DNA from: Ignavibacteriota bacterium
Lineage (GTDB): Bacteria > Bacteroidota > Ignavibacteria > UBA10030 > UBA6906
DNA: 64,000 nt
Direction of reading: 5' to 3'
NCBI GenBank assembly: GCA_016707525.1
Contig: JADJHP010000003.1
Coordinates: 76,677 to 140,676 of the forward strand
Position 1 is the first letter of the stretch. The number at the start of each line of letters is the position of its first letter. Shown here in pieces: positions 42,101-51,966 of this stretch. Under the pieces are notes generated by a model. The model ran no database searches and was not told the DNA's origin. It worked only from the letters and a program-made list of their open reading frames with translations. Made by a program: the position numbers and the translations under genes.

Positions 42101-43352
42101 TGTTCGCGCTTGGCATGTCCTGCCACACCAGAAGGCCGAGACGATCCGCCCAATAATACCACCGCGCCGGCTCCACTTTCACATGCTTGCGCGTCATGTT
42201 GAAGCCGAGTTCTTTCGTGATCTCGATGTCGTACCGGAGTGCGGCATCTGTCGGTGCGGTGTAGATGCCGTCAGGCCAGAAGCCCTGATCGAGGGGACCG
42301 ACCTGGAACACAGGCTTCCCGTTGAGCATGAGGCGTTGGATCCCGCGCGCGTCGCGTGCCACGGCGATCGTGCGGAGGCCTGCATAGCTTCCGACGGCAT
42401 CGATCGTCTTCCCATTGCGGACGAGTGTCACCTTCAGATCATAGAGGAACGGCGTCTCCGGCGACCAGAGTCTCGGGGAGCGTACACCCACACTGATGGG
42501 TGCCCCGGGTGTGCCGCGCCCCTTCCCCACTTCTTTCCTGCCGTTGAATACCGTCACGATGCACTCCGTACCCGCAGGCTCACCGCTGGCATCCACCGTC
42601 ACCATGAATGACGCGGCATCCTTCCCTGTCTCGATGCGGAGGTCCCTGACCGCGGTGGCGGGTACAGGTTCACACCATACCGTCTGCCAGATCCCGGTGC
42701 AGGGGGTATACCAGATGCCGCCAGGTTTCCGCACCTGCTTTCCGCGGGGCTGATCGCCTGCATCCGACGGATCGTGCACACCAACCACGATCTCCTGTGC
42801 GCCCGACGACTTCAGCGCATCCGTGATGTCGAAGGAGAACGGGTCGTAGCCGCCCCGGTGTGTTCCGACCCGGGCACCGTTCACGAAGACCACCGATTCC
42901 CAATCCACCGCGCCGAAATGCAGAAGGATCCGTTTGCCGGCCCAGGCCTTCGGAACGGAGAACATCCGCCGGTACCATATCCGGTCCGTGCGCTTCATGA
43001 CACCGGAGAGTGCTGATTCTACAGGGAAGGGCACAAGGATCTGTGAAGACAGGTCCTTCCCGAAAGGCGGCGTGTCCAGAGTTGACGGCAGCTCATATCC
43101 CCAGAGTCCGTTGAGGTTGAGCCACTCCTTGCGCGTCATGATGGGCCGCGGGTAATCCGGGAGCGGCTTCGCGGGATCCACTTTCGCCGACCAGGGGGTG
43201 AGAAGCGGCGCATCGGCAGGCAGGCGCCATGCGTCCCCGGCCCGGCAGAACGCAGCAGAGAGCATCAGGGCAAGCACGGGGACAAGGATACGGGAGACTG
43301 TGTGCATAGGTGTTCTCACAGAGTGAAGGAGAGACGAGGACAGTGATCTCAT
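39120..43352 (-). CDS. Secreted multidomain glycoside hydrolase: GH2 module + GH127/GH146-like (DUF1680) module + F5/8 type C (discoidin-like) domain
   Basis: 1410 aa. N-terminal GH2 pattern (LHFGAVDWESVVFVNG, GGYDPFSFDIT, VFNEGWG). Central six-hairpin module with ETCG and YRCCQHN Cys motifs like beta-L-arabinofuranosidases. C-terminal WWDHKGTAEWIQYDL...GVLEWKF carbohydrate-binding-like domain. Confidence 0.8.
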   Translation of the reverse strand: MRSLSSSLLHSVRTPMHTVSRILVPVLALMLSAAFCRAGDAWRLPADAPLLTPWSAKVDPAKPLPDYPRPIMTRKEWLNLNGLWGYELPSTLDTPPFGKDLSSQILVPFPVESALSGVMKRTDRIWYRRMFSVPKAWAGKRILLHFGAVDWESVVFVNGARVGTHRGGYDPFSFDITDALKSSGAQEIVVGVHDPSDAGDQPRGKQVRKPGGIWYTPCTGIWQTVWCEPVPATAVRDLRIETGKDAASFMVTVDASGEPAGTECIVTVFNGRKEVGKGRGTPGAPISVGVRSPRLWSPETPFLYDLKVTLVRNGKTIDAVGSYAGLRTIAVARDARGIQRLMLNGKPVFQVGPLDQGFWPDGIYTAPTDAALRYDIEITKELGFNMTRKHVKVEPARWYYWADRLGLLVWQDMPSANNTTPASRTQFEAELDRLVATHRNHPSIIMWVVFNEGWGQYDTERLTAHVKQLDPARLVNNASGWTDKNAGDVMDIHSYPKPAAPIAESARAIVLGEFGGLGLALPGHTWKKEHWGYKGMKDAEELTSTYAQFLGSVRRLKDTDGLCAAVYTQITDVEVECNGLMTYDRMVVKAPAHLVAEANRGAITPPAPANGISLHAVIDPPHTSTGSQWNRPPLVGTPMTRLPIGSIRPEGWLQRMLEIERDGMVGHLAEISPWLDPSTSAWANAEGKGSRGWEELPYWLKGYGDLGYVLGDTSIQRKARFWIEAMLSSQREDGWFGPRDLLTSLEGKPDLWPHMVMLNVLQSYYEYTADPRVIPFMEKYFAWENTLPETAFGEGYWPKTRMGDNIESVVWLYNRTGRVWLLDLAGKMHRNMSRWDSTVVNWHNVNIAQGFRGPAMYYPVARDFSLLHAVERNYRQVRGMYGQFPGGGFAADENARPGFIDPRQGFETCGIVEFMHSFEMLTRTGGGTVWSDRCEELAFNSLPVALTPDQKGLHYLTCANQVQLDKELKTPGIQNGGTMFSYSPFQTYRCCQHNVAHGWPYFAEEMWLATRDGGLCASLYAPSQVRAVVGDGIAVGIEERTDYPYDGVVRLRVTPAKKVRFPLYVRIPGWCAEASVSINGAATALPSSGGMFACIDRQWSPGDEVVITFAMPLQVQRWEKNQNSVSVNRGPLTFSLSIGERWEKYGTNTAWPEWEVFPTTAWNYGLVLDSVDAARSFTVEPRTPDPHALPWTPAALPFVIKATGRRIDGWQADYRNLVGPLQKSPARTAAPEEPLTLVPMGTARLRITSFPTVTTDARGVEWVPPQRPRPIPFTISYSYINRYEDPEAVADGFEPKASNDESITRMSWWDHKGTAEWIQYDLPSEQSVSSCSVYWFDDGVDGFSRVPQSWRILYRAGDAWVPVQAQSAYATEKDALNVVRFTPVTTRGLRMEVQLQKGLSSGVLEWKFSQ

Positions 43353-43371
43353 AGGGGCACGTTCTGCAACG

Positions 43372-44781
43372 TCAATGTGTCAGTTCCTGTTCGATGAGTT
43401 CCAGGGACTTTCCCTTGGTTTCAGGGACGCGGAACCAGACGAAGACAAAACCTGCGATACAGATGGCGGCATAGAGCCAGAACGTCCCTGATACGCCGAG
43501 GGCGGCGTTCAGGAAGGGGAAGGTGTACGTCAGGAGGAAGCAGGCGATCCAGAGCGCAGAGACCGCAACGGCAACGGCCGCCCCCCGGATCCTGTTCGGG
43601 AACAACTCCGAGATCAGGACCCATGTGATCGGTGCAAGCGACATGGCATAGCTTGCGATGGCCAGGAGGACGAACGTGATCACCACCGGGCCCGTCCAGT
43701 GCAGCAGGTAGGCGAGACCGATGAGGATATGAAAGAGACCGATCCCGGCACACCCGATGAGCAACAGCGCGCGCCGTCCGAACCGGTCCACCGTGCCGAA
43801 GGCGATGAACGTGGCCACCATGTTCACGATGCCGGTGATGACGATATTAAAGAGGATCGAACTCACCCCGTACCCGGCGGTGCGGAAGATCTCTTCCGCA
43901 TAGTTGAAGATCACATTGATGCCGCTCCACTGTTGCAGCACGGCGAGGGTGACACCGACGAAGAGGATGCTGCGCACACCGGGGGCAAGGAGGTCGCGGA
44001 AGTGCACCTGCCGTACCTCTTCCGTGGCGATGGTCTCCTGGATCGTGGCACATTCCGCTGCTGCGTACGCTTCACCACCGATGCGCCGCAGGACCTCCCG
44101 GGCGCGGTCCACGGCACCGTTCTTGATCAGCCAGCGTGGACTTTCGGGAATGGCGAGTGATCCGAGAAAGAAGGCAACCGCGGGGATCGCGACCACCGTG
44201 AACATCCAGCGCCACCCTTCCTGTCCGTTCCACGACATGCGGATGAACTCCGCTGTTGCGGCATCCGGTACGGGTTCCGCGATGCGCCAGTTGACCACCT
44301 GCGCGGCGAGGACGCCGATGACGATCGTGAACTGGTTCAGCGAGACCAGCCGCCCCCGCAGGTGGGCCGGGGCGATCTCGGCGATGTACATGGGTGAGAG
44401 TGCGCTGGCCATCCCGATCGCAACGCCCCCGGCGATGCGCCAGGTGACGAACGCGGTGAAACTGCCCGCCCAGCCCGTCAGGATGGAGGAAGCGGCAAAG
44501 AGCACGGCCGACAACAGGAGCAGTCGTTTCCGTCCGAAGCGATCGCTCACGCCTCCTGTGAAGAGCGCGCCGAGCAGACACCCGAGGAGAGCGCAGCTAT
44601 TGGCCCATCCGCGAACGGCCTCATCCTCGAGCCCGAAGTACGGCTCAAAGAATGGCTTTGCTCCCCCGATCACCACCCAGTCGTACCCGAACAGCAGTCC
44701 GCCCATCGCGGCGACGGCGGAGATGAGCCATACAAAACGCAGATCGAATGATGCAGAGAGGTCCTTCGAAGCTGATGTCAT
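43372..44781 (-). CDS. MFS sugar porter (sugar:H+ symporter, XylE/AraE-like)
   Basis: 469 aa, 12 TM. GRKRLLL, PESPRWL and PETKG signatures of the sugar porter family. Confidence 0.9.
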   Translation of the reverse strand: MTSASKDLSASFDLRFVWLISAVAAMGGLLFGYDWVVIGGAKPFFEPYFGLEDEAVRGWANSCALLGCLLGALFTGGVSDRFGRKRLLLLSAVLFAASSILTGWAGSFTAFVTWRIAGGVAIGMASALSPMYIAEIAPAHLRGRLVSLNQFTIVIGVLAAQVVNWRIAEPVPDAATAEFIRMSWNGQEGWRWMFTVVAIPAVAFFLGSLAIPESPRWLIKNGAVDRAREVLRRIGGEAYAAAECATIQETIATEEVRQVHFRDLLAPGVRSILFVGVTLAVLQQWSGINVIFNYAEEIFRTAGYGVSSILFNIVITGIVNMVATFIAFGTVDRFGRRALLLIGCAGIGLFHILIGLAYLLHWTGPVVITFVLLAIASYAMSLAPITWVLISELFPNRIRGAAVAVAVSALWIACFLLTYTFPFLNAALGVSGTFWLYAAICIAGFVFVWFRVPETKGKSLELIEQELTH

Positions 44782-44820
44782 AGCGATGTTCCGTTTGCAG
44801 TGTGACGTGGATCGGTCGTT

Positions 44821-46857
44821 TCAATGGAGGGGGCGCACCCTGACGAACATGACGCCCCTGGCTGGCACGCGGTACGTCAACGACCCCGCGGCGGTACCGA
44901 TATCCTTCTGCCGCCACAGATCGCGGAGAGTGTGCGTTCCCTGAAGTCCGAGCACGCTCCAGGATGCCGTCAGATCCCGGTCGATCTCATCGCGGTTGAA
45001 GAACCCGACGGCCTTCGAGCCGTCCTCCATTTCTTTCACCATCACGAACGTTTCCTCGTCGAGCGGGATCATCGCAGCGCTCTGTCCCAACGGGTCCTGG
45101 TTCACCTCGTTCACTTCAGGATTGCAGAGGATGTTGAGCGTGAAGGGATCGAGCCGGTTCATATCGCCGCTGAAAAAGAGCGGCGATGCCATCAGAGACC
45201 AGAGCGACATGTACACATACTGCATGCGTGGCGGGACGGGTGTTGGTGTCGGTTCCCCTCCCGTAAATGCGCTCCCCACATACCCGATCTGAATATAGTC
45301 CGGATCGTTCCACGAGCCGGGGCCCGACCATGCACGATGCTCTGCGTTCTGGAGGGCGACCTCGAAGATCCGGTCAAGTTCGAATCCAAGATCACCCGCG
45401 GTCCGCCAGCATTGTCCACCCACGGCAGCACCCCACTCCCATACGTTGCCCATGCCGTACTGGCACAGATTCAACACGATGTCGCGGTCCTGCGAGGCCA
45501 GCACCTTGCCCATGATCTCGTAGGGCTTCCGGAGCGCGGCACGATCGGGATTATTTCCGGTGACCTCCGTGTAACTGCACCAGTCGTACTTCAGGAAGTC
45601 GAATCCCCATGCCGCGAACTGCTTCGCATCCTGTTCCTCATGGCCAAGTGTTCCTGAGAAACCCGCACAGGTGAGGCGGCCGGGCGACGTATAGATGCCG
45701 GCCTTCAATCCCAGTGCATGGATATGATCCGTGAGGCCGCGCATCGAAGGAAAGTGTTTGTTCGGCAGGATGTTCCCCTGCGCATCACGCAGCGGGCCGA
45801 CGCGGAGCGGATCGCTGTGCTGCGGCGCATTCATCCAGCAATCGTCGATGGACACATATTGATAGCCTGCGTCCGCCATGCCGCTGCGGACCATCACATC
45901 GGCCGCATCACGCATCAGTGCATCGGTCACGCGGTTGTAGTGCGCGTACCAGTGGTTCCAGCCCATGGGCGGCGTCAGCGCAAGCGTTGCGCCACTCACG
46001 ATCCGGAACTGTGTGGAAGCGGATCCCCGCGCGTTCGTCGCCGTGATCGTCACGCGGTGCGTCCCGGCCGCAGGAGCGGTGCCGCGGATGATCCCGGAAG
46101 AGGCGTCAAGCGTGAGTCCGGTCGGCAGGCTCACGGCTGTGAACTTCATCGGACGTTCGCCGGTGCATGGGATACGGTGGAGGAACGGGTGGCCGGGCCT
46201 GCATCCGATAACACGCGCACCATTGATGCGCGGGATCGGGCCCGGGGTCGGGGTCAGGAGGAACGGCTGTTCGGGGGCCGGCGTGAACGCCCGGGGCGGC
46301 ACACCCGAATACAGGATCCGTGCATCACACAGGTCCACGTGATCGTGGTCAATGCCATCCCCTGCATCCGTCGCCATGAGGATGAGCGTATCGATGCCGC
46401 GAAGATCGGTATCGATGGCCACCCCGCCCCTGCCTGTGCGAAGCGCACCGGACTCAAACAGGATCTTTCCGTCGCCGAGGAGCCGCACGCGTACGGACCC
46501 CGCGCCGTTACTGCTATCGTTCACCCCGGCGATCGCACGGAAGCGCACCGCGGATCCGTGCAGGTCGATCCGAAGAATGGCACGTGCATGAGTGCCGACG
46601 CCCTTCCGGTACGTGACGCCTCCGAGGCGCAGCGGCGATCCATCGACGGAAGAATCGGCCCTGGGCCTCCCCCACCCCTGCCGGAGATGGGTAAGATCGA
46701 GAGCGCCCAGCCACACGGAATCCTGAGGGGCTGGAGGAATGGCTGAGGCTTCCGTGAACGAGCACGCGAGAATTACGAGGACGAGAAGGATACGGCGGGT
46801 CACGGTTGAGTCTCCGGCTGGAAAGTGATCAGGGATGTCGTGCGGTGGCTTCATCAC
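44821..46857 (-). CDS. Secreted alpha-galactosidase (GH27) with N-terminal NPCBM-like domain
   Basis: 678 aa. NPCBM-like block (SVDGSPLRLGGVTYRKGVGTHA), then PPMGWNHWY, YQYVSIDDCW and LKYDWC GH27 motifs. Confidence 0.88.
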   Translation of the reverse strand: MMKPPHDIPDHFPAGDSTVTRRILLVLVILACSFTEASAIPPAPQDSVWLGALDLTHLRQGWGRPRADSSVDGSPLRLGGVTYRKGVGTHARAILRIDLHGSAVRFRAIAGVNDSSNGAGSVRVRLLGDGKILFESGALRTGRGGVAIDTDLRGIDTLILMATDAGDGIDHDHVDLCDARILYSGVPPRAFTPAPEQPFLLTPTPGPIPRINGARVIGCRPGHPFLHRIPCTGERPMKFTAVSLPTGLTLDASSGIIRGTAPAAGTHRVTITATNARGSASTQFRIVSGATLALTPPMGWNHWYAHYNRVTDALMRDAADVMVRSGMADAGYQYVSIDDCWMNAPQHSDPLRVGPLRDAQGNILPNKHFPSMRGLTDHIHALGLKAGIYTSPGRLTCAGFSGTLGHEEQDAKQFAAWGFDFLKYDWCSYTEVTGNNPDRAALRKPYEIMGKVLASQDRDIVLNLCQYGMGNVWEWGAAVGGQCWRTAGDLGFELDRIFEVALQNAEHRAWSGPGSWNDPDYIQIGYVGSAFTGGEPTPTPVPPRMQYVYMSLWSLMASPLFFSGDMNRLDPFTLNILCNPEVNEVNQDPLGQSAAMIPLDEETFVMVKEMEDGSKAVGFFNRDEIDRDLTASWSVLGLQGTHTLRDLWRQKDIGTAAGSLTYRVPARGVMFVRVRPLH

Positions 46858-46920
46858 AGCAATGTTACACCCGGTGCCCGGGGCGATCGGAACAGATGGA
46901 TGTGGCGGACAGTGGCGAGA

Positions 46921-47310
46921 TCAGGGGCCGGGCACCACGGCTTTGCGGAGCCACGCGATGGCCTCATCCCTGTCGTTGAACACGCGTGCATTGAACCCCC
47001 GGTTGCGGCACGCGGTCTCATAGAACTCTGCATGTTGACCGAGAGGCGTTCCCGGGGGAACGAGGACAGCTTCCCGGAAGCTCCGGTCGATCCCTTCCGC
47101 TTCGATACGCGATACGATGTCCATCAGATCAATGATGGAGTGGCCTCCGGTGAGCGAGGCCAGGTTCGCGAGGAAGAGCAGGCTCTGGCGCTGAGATCCT
47201 TCGGCAAGCGCAGCGTAGAATGCGGCTTCCAGGTCGGTGGGAGCGACGACACCTTCATAGATCACTTCGATGATAGCGGGAGAACCGGAGACCTCGAGTT
47301 TCCAGGGCAT
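46921..47310 (-). CDS. Hypothetical protein (129 aa)
   Basis: Clean ORF with composition like its neighbours and no competing ORF. I recognise no motif. Confidence 0.45.
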   Translation of the reverse strand: MPWKLEVSGSPAIIEVIYEGVVAPTDLEAAFYAALAEGSQRQSLLFLANLASLTGGHSIIDLMDIVSRIEAEGIDRSFREAVLVPPGTPLGQHAEFYETACRNRGFNARVFNDRDEAIAWLRKAVVPGP

Positions 47311-47496
47311 ACCGTAACTTTCTGTGTGGCTTCCCGGGAGGAGTGGCTATGCAGGTGAATGTACGCCGTGTTCTTGAGAGATGCAACGAGAGCCCGTGGA
47401 CAGATGTCTCAGACGGATGCCGCAAACGGATGACCCCGGGCGTCGGGCAGCAGCGCTCCGGGCTCTTGCCTTTGGCCGCCGGCTTTAGTATTCTGA

Positions 47497-48237
47497 GTGG
47501 TCGTTTCCTTTCACATGGACCACATGAACAGCGATCTGTATACCCTCATCGGCACTGCCGCATCACTCGGTTTCATCCACACCCTTGTCGGGCCGGATCA
47601 CTATGTGCCGTTCGTCGCTATGGCCCGCGCGGGCAAATGGAGCCGGCTCAAGACGTTGTACGTGACGGTACTCTCCGGCCTCGGCCATGTAGGGAGTTCC
47701 ATCCTCCTCGGAGCGGTCGGGATCGCATTGGGCAGTGCACTGTCGCATCTTGAGTGGGTCGAATCGATACGCGGTGAGGTTGCGGCATGGATGCTGACCG
47801 GCTTCGGACTGGCATACATGGTCTGGGGGATCTGGCACGGGATCCGCTCCCGCCCGCATTCCCATGCACACGCCCATGCAGATGGCGCGGTGCACGAGCA
47901 CACGCACACGCATCACTCAGCGCACGCGCATCCCCATGAACACGGCAAGCCCGCGAACCTGACGCCCTGGATCATCTTCAGCATCTTTGTCTTCGGCCCG
48001 TGCGAGCCGCTGATCCCGTTGCTCATGTATCCCGCGGCCATCCACTCGTCGCTCGGCGTGGCCCTCGTTGCGACGGTCTTCGCCCTTACAACGATCGCAA
48101 CGATGCTCGGCATGGTCTTCCTCGGATTGGCCGGCGTCGAACTGATCCCCTTCCCCCGCCTCGAACGCTACATCCACGCCATGGCAGGCGGGATCATTGC
48201 CATGTCGGGGCTGAGCGTGCTCTTTCTTGGCCTCTAA
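47497..48237 (+). CDS. His-rich NicO/RcnA-like metal (Ni/Co) transporter
   Basis: 246 aa; the start may be the ATG at 47515 or 47524. Six TM helices, GFIHTLVGPDH motif, and a central His-rich loop HSHAHAHADGAVHEHTHTHHSAHAHPHEH. Confidence 0.65.
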   Translation: MVVSFHMDHMNSDLYTLIGTAASLGFIHTLVGPDHYVPFVAMARAGKWSRLKTLYVTVLSGLGHVGSSILLGAVGIALGSALSHLEWVESIRGEVAAWMLTGFGLAYMVWGIWHGIRSRPHSHAHAHADGAVHEHTHTHHSAHAHPHEHGKPANLTPWIIFSIFVFGPCEPLIPLLMYPAAIHSSLGVALVATVFALTTIATMLGMVFLGLAGVELIPFPRLERYIHAMAGGIIAMSGLSVLFLGL

Positions 48238-48274
48238 GAATTAAGAACTAAGAATTCTTAGTTCTTAATTCTTA
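48235..48274. terminator. 40-nt perfect AT-rich palindrome between convergent genes (bidirectional terminator candidate / six-frame stop element)
   Basis: TAAGAATTAAGAACTAAGAA|TTCTTAGTTCTTAATTCTTA. Three TAAGAAN heptads and their inverted complement. The outer TAA triplets are the stop codons of the two flanking genes. Confidence 0.7.
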
Positions 48275-51200
48275 TTTCGTCAGGCCAAGATACACGTACT
48301 CCACCGTCATCGCTTTCTGCGCATGGATGCCGATCCGGTTGAGCCCCTGGAGCAACGACGGCTCAACGGAGAACTCGACCGACTTCTTCACATCGGGAAG
48401 TTGGCGGACCACCTTCTCGGGAAAGATCTGTGGAGCGGCGGGCATGTGGCCGTCCTGCAAGCGTATGCCATTGAAGAAGACCACCACATCCTCCAGCTCC
48501 ATATCCTCCTTGCACTCGATCCGCAGCACCAGTGTCCGCGGAGGCATGGACTCTTTGACTCTCAGCTCTACAGTCTCGAGTTGAGCCTTGCGCAACGCGA
48601 GTGGAAGCTGCGATGTCAAGCTTACGCCGGGCACCGGGAACCACGCCGGCGCAAGCGAGTACAGTTTGTCCTTCCCTTCCAACAGTGACGGATCGATCAG
48701 CTCATGCAGGACCTCCAGATCAGGTTCGATCCCTCCATCCCATGCCACGAAGTAGTTGAACAGGTAGATCCCGTCAGCGCCGTTGGCGTAGTGCAACGCA
48801 GCTGTTGCCCGCTTTTCCCCCGCGTCATCTGACGGTTCCCCATGGTGAACTCCTGCGCCGCATACACGGGCACAGGGCCGCAGACCGCCTTGAACTCGCG
48901 CGCATTGATGTCATTCTCGGTCGACAGGAACGGTGCGATCGCAAGAACGTCGATCATGCCCTTCGTGCACCAGGTTGCCGGATCCACACCAAGATATGCG
49001 CACCCTTTGAGTGATGAAGGCACCCGGGCGGTAAGGAGTATCCGATGCCCGCGCGCAACCGAGATGCTGTCCACCACTCCCCTCACGCGGCCGACAAAGT
49101 CCGTCAGGATGCCTGCGAAGTGGGTCATCGAATCCGGCTTCAGCGGAAAATAGTACGGGAAACGCATGAAGTCGAGTTCAAAGCCGTCCATGTCGTACCG
49201 CTCAAGCGCTTCCCTCACGAGGGAGTAGAAGTATGCACGCACCTCGGGCACCGCGTAGTTTAGGGCCTCTTTTCCCCAGCCGGCATATCCCCCCACCCGC
49301 CACTCCGGGTGGGCCTTCCAGAAATCGCCGAGCAGAGGGCTCTCGGGCTTGTCCACATCATGCAGTTCATTCATGCGGAAGCTCAGGAAGGCCTCCATGC
49401 CGCGCAGCCGGGCACGATCAAGGACGATCCGCACCTGGTCGAGGGAGTCGGTGCCGAAGCGTGCGAGGTTCCTGCTCATCCTGGCCCCCAGCAACGGCCA
49501 TCCCTCTTTCGCATGCACCGGGGCATCCGGCCAATGGAACATGGACTCAACGCTGCTCGGGTACCCCGGGTTCTGTCCGGGATTGATATTATAGATGAAC
49601 GTCGTCACCCCGGCCTCCGCAATGGGATCGACACGGCCGTGGATGTCGCGCACGGTGAGTGAATCGAAATCCATCGGGATGCTTGAACCGTCATTATTAT
49701 AGATGAGGCGCCGGGCGAACCGGGGCGGCAGGGTCGCATCCCCTACCGGAGCCGAAGAAAGGGCCGCAGACAGATCGAAGGGGCGGAAGCCAAGCGCGAA
49801 TGCCGGCGAACCCTCTTTGAGCCGGAAATCGCCTCCGGCGGCATCGGCGAACCCGGGGTCAGCGACCAGGGAATGCACGTCGCGTCCGGTACGCTGCCAG
49901 CCGCTGAAATCGAGGGAATCGTACCGGAACGACCCCTGCACCGGCCAGTACAGATTCCGGTCCATGATGAGATTGCTGTCGCGCATCGAACCGAAGAGCA
50001 CGGGCCCACCGCTCCAGAGAATGATATTGCGTTCGAATGCGAAACTCATGTGGGGTTCGAAGCGGGTCCGGGCGACCTGATACTCCGCGCCGAACGCCAG
50101 GATATTGTTCCGGAAGATGTTCTCCTTCCCGTAGTGCTGATGGAACCCCCCGTGCTTCGTGCGGTACACCAGGTTCTCCTCGGCGCGGATATTCGTCGTC
50201 CCCTCATCGAAGTAGATGCCCCATCCGCCGTACACCCGTCCCGCGATATCATGGAAGACGTTGCGCCGAATCTCGGTCCCGCGTTGATAGCCAAGCGTGT
50301 AGATGCCGCCGAGATCGCTCAGCATCGGCCCTTCGCCATTGCTCAGGACACCGATGTGATGCACATGATTCAGCTCGACGATATTCCCGTACGCAAGCGC
50401 CGGCCCATACCCCCACGTCCACCCGATCGAGATGCCGGTATACTCGAAATCGTGAATATGGTTGTGGATGAGGCGGTTGAACGGGCTCTGGCCGATCCAC
50501 ACGCCGATGGCACTGTGGAAGATCTTCCCCCCGCTATGGATATGATTATCGAGGAGCCGGTTCCGCTGCGTCAACAATGCACGATCGTTCTCCAGGGTCT
50601 TGAGGCCAAGGAAGACGCCCCCGGCGCCAAGATCGGCGATCTCGGACCGCTGAATGAGATTGTCCTGGCATGCGGCCCCGAGGGAGATGCCGTAGGTTCC
50701 GGTGTGTGTGATCGCGCACTCCTCGAACGTGACGTGCCGCATCCCGGTGCACGCTACGGCCGCGGGCACTCCTGTCGCGGCCTGATTGAATCCGCCAACA
50801 TCCGGATTGCGCGAATCGGTCGTGTATCCTTTCGGGAAGAACCACTCGGCATGGCTGAAACCGATCCCGCGGAAGACGACGTGTTCCACCCAGCGGCCTC
50901 GTGCGGGTTCGCCTTCGATCCGCATCACCTGCTCCAGGACGGGCACGACCGCATCGATGCTCCGGATGTCCTCACCCGGCATCGGCAGATAGTAGATCTT
51001 CCCCTGTTTCTCGTCGAGCCACCACTCCCCCGGTACGTTCAATGCGCCACGCGCGGACTGGATATAGTACACATCACCGGGATCGATGCGGAACACCGAC
51101 CTGCGCGCGAAACGGAACGTGCGCGACGCCGGTTCATAGGTTGTCACGGGCAGGTACGACTCGACCCATTTTGTGGAGAGGACGACCTGCGCCCCTCTGA

Positions 51201-51828
51201 GGTCGAACTTCGGCGGTACGGTCCCCGGTTTCGCGACGAAGGAACGCTGACCCTCCATCCAGTCCATGGACGGCGTGATCTCAGGGATGGTATCGACGGA
51301 GAGATAGCCGGAATCGGGAAAGCGTGCCGGAGATCTGCGCTCACCGTTCACCCACAGTTCGCGCACATCGGGATTGGACCTGCGTACCTGTGCGGGCAAC
51401 GCGGCAACCCAGACGTTCTTCCCATCGAGGGTGGTCCGGGTCCACTGTGTGAGGACGGCGCCGCCGCTGAGCACAGGCGATGCGCCCGGGAGGGCCGCGA
51501 TGACTGTGGGCGATGTTGCGGAACCGCTGATCCCGGATCCCAGATGGAGAGGTGCGTTCAGGAAGTACCGTCCGCCATGGAGCAGGACCAGCACGGTATC
51601 CGTGAGGCCTGGCCGGGCCGACCGGAGATCCTGCACTGCCCGGGCAGCCCGGGCAAGCGATGCGAACGGGTGGGCGGCATCACCCACAGCGCGGTCGTTG
51701 CCAGAAGGCGCAACATGGAAAACGGCGGCCGGGGGGAGGGCCCAGGCAGCACTGATGGACAACAGCAGACTGAGGGCGGCGATACGGAATGAGCGGGAGA
51801 ACATCGGAGGCCTCTGCTTGTGGGACAT
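48272..51828 (-). pseudogene. Secreted right-handed beta-helix + glycoside-hydrolase-like TIM-barrel protein, split by a frameshift at the C5 run 48817..48821
   Basis: The 1043-aa ORF (48697..51828) has a signal peptide, parallel beta-helix repeats and a GHL10-like domain (FELDFMRFPYYF), then degenerates after ...FTMGNRQMTR. The 174-aa ORF (48272..48796) continues in another frame. Adding one G to ACGCGGGGGAAAAG gives ...TRGEKRATAALHYANGADGIYLFNYF. Confidence 0.75.
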
Positions 51829-51966
51829 GCCAATGTAGCAAGTGCATCAGGACGATGCAAGCAAGAACAGCACCAATTTAAAGGAGTTAACAACCTCTCG
51901 TTAAACCGCTGTCCTTCTCCTCCGGTCTAATGAGGACGAATCTCCGATACCACCCCGGGCCACCCG

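Noticed and set aside
51829-51966. Possible cobalamin or other riboswitch upstream of the TonB-receptor-like gene.
   Set aside because: The spacer is only ~140 nt, is shared with a divergent gene, and lacks a B12-box-like GCCACUG or other recognisable conserved core.
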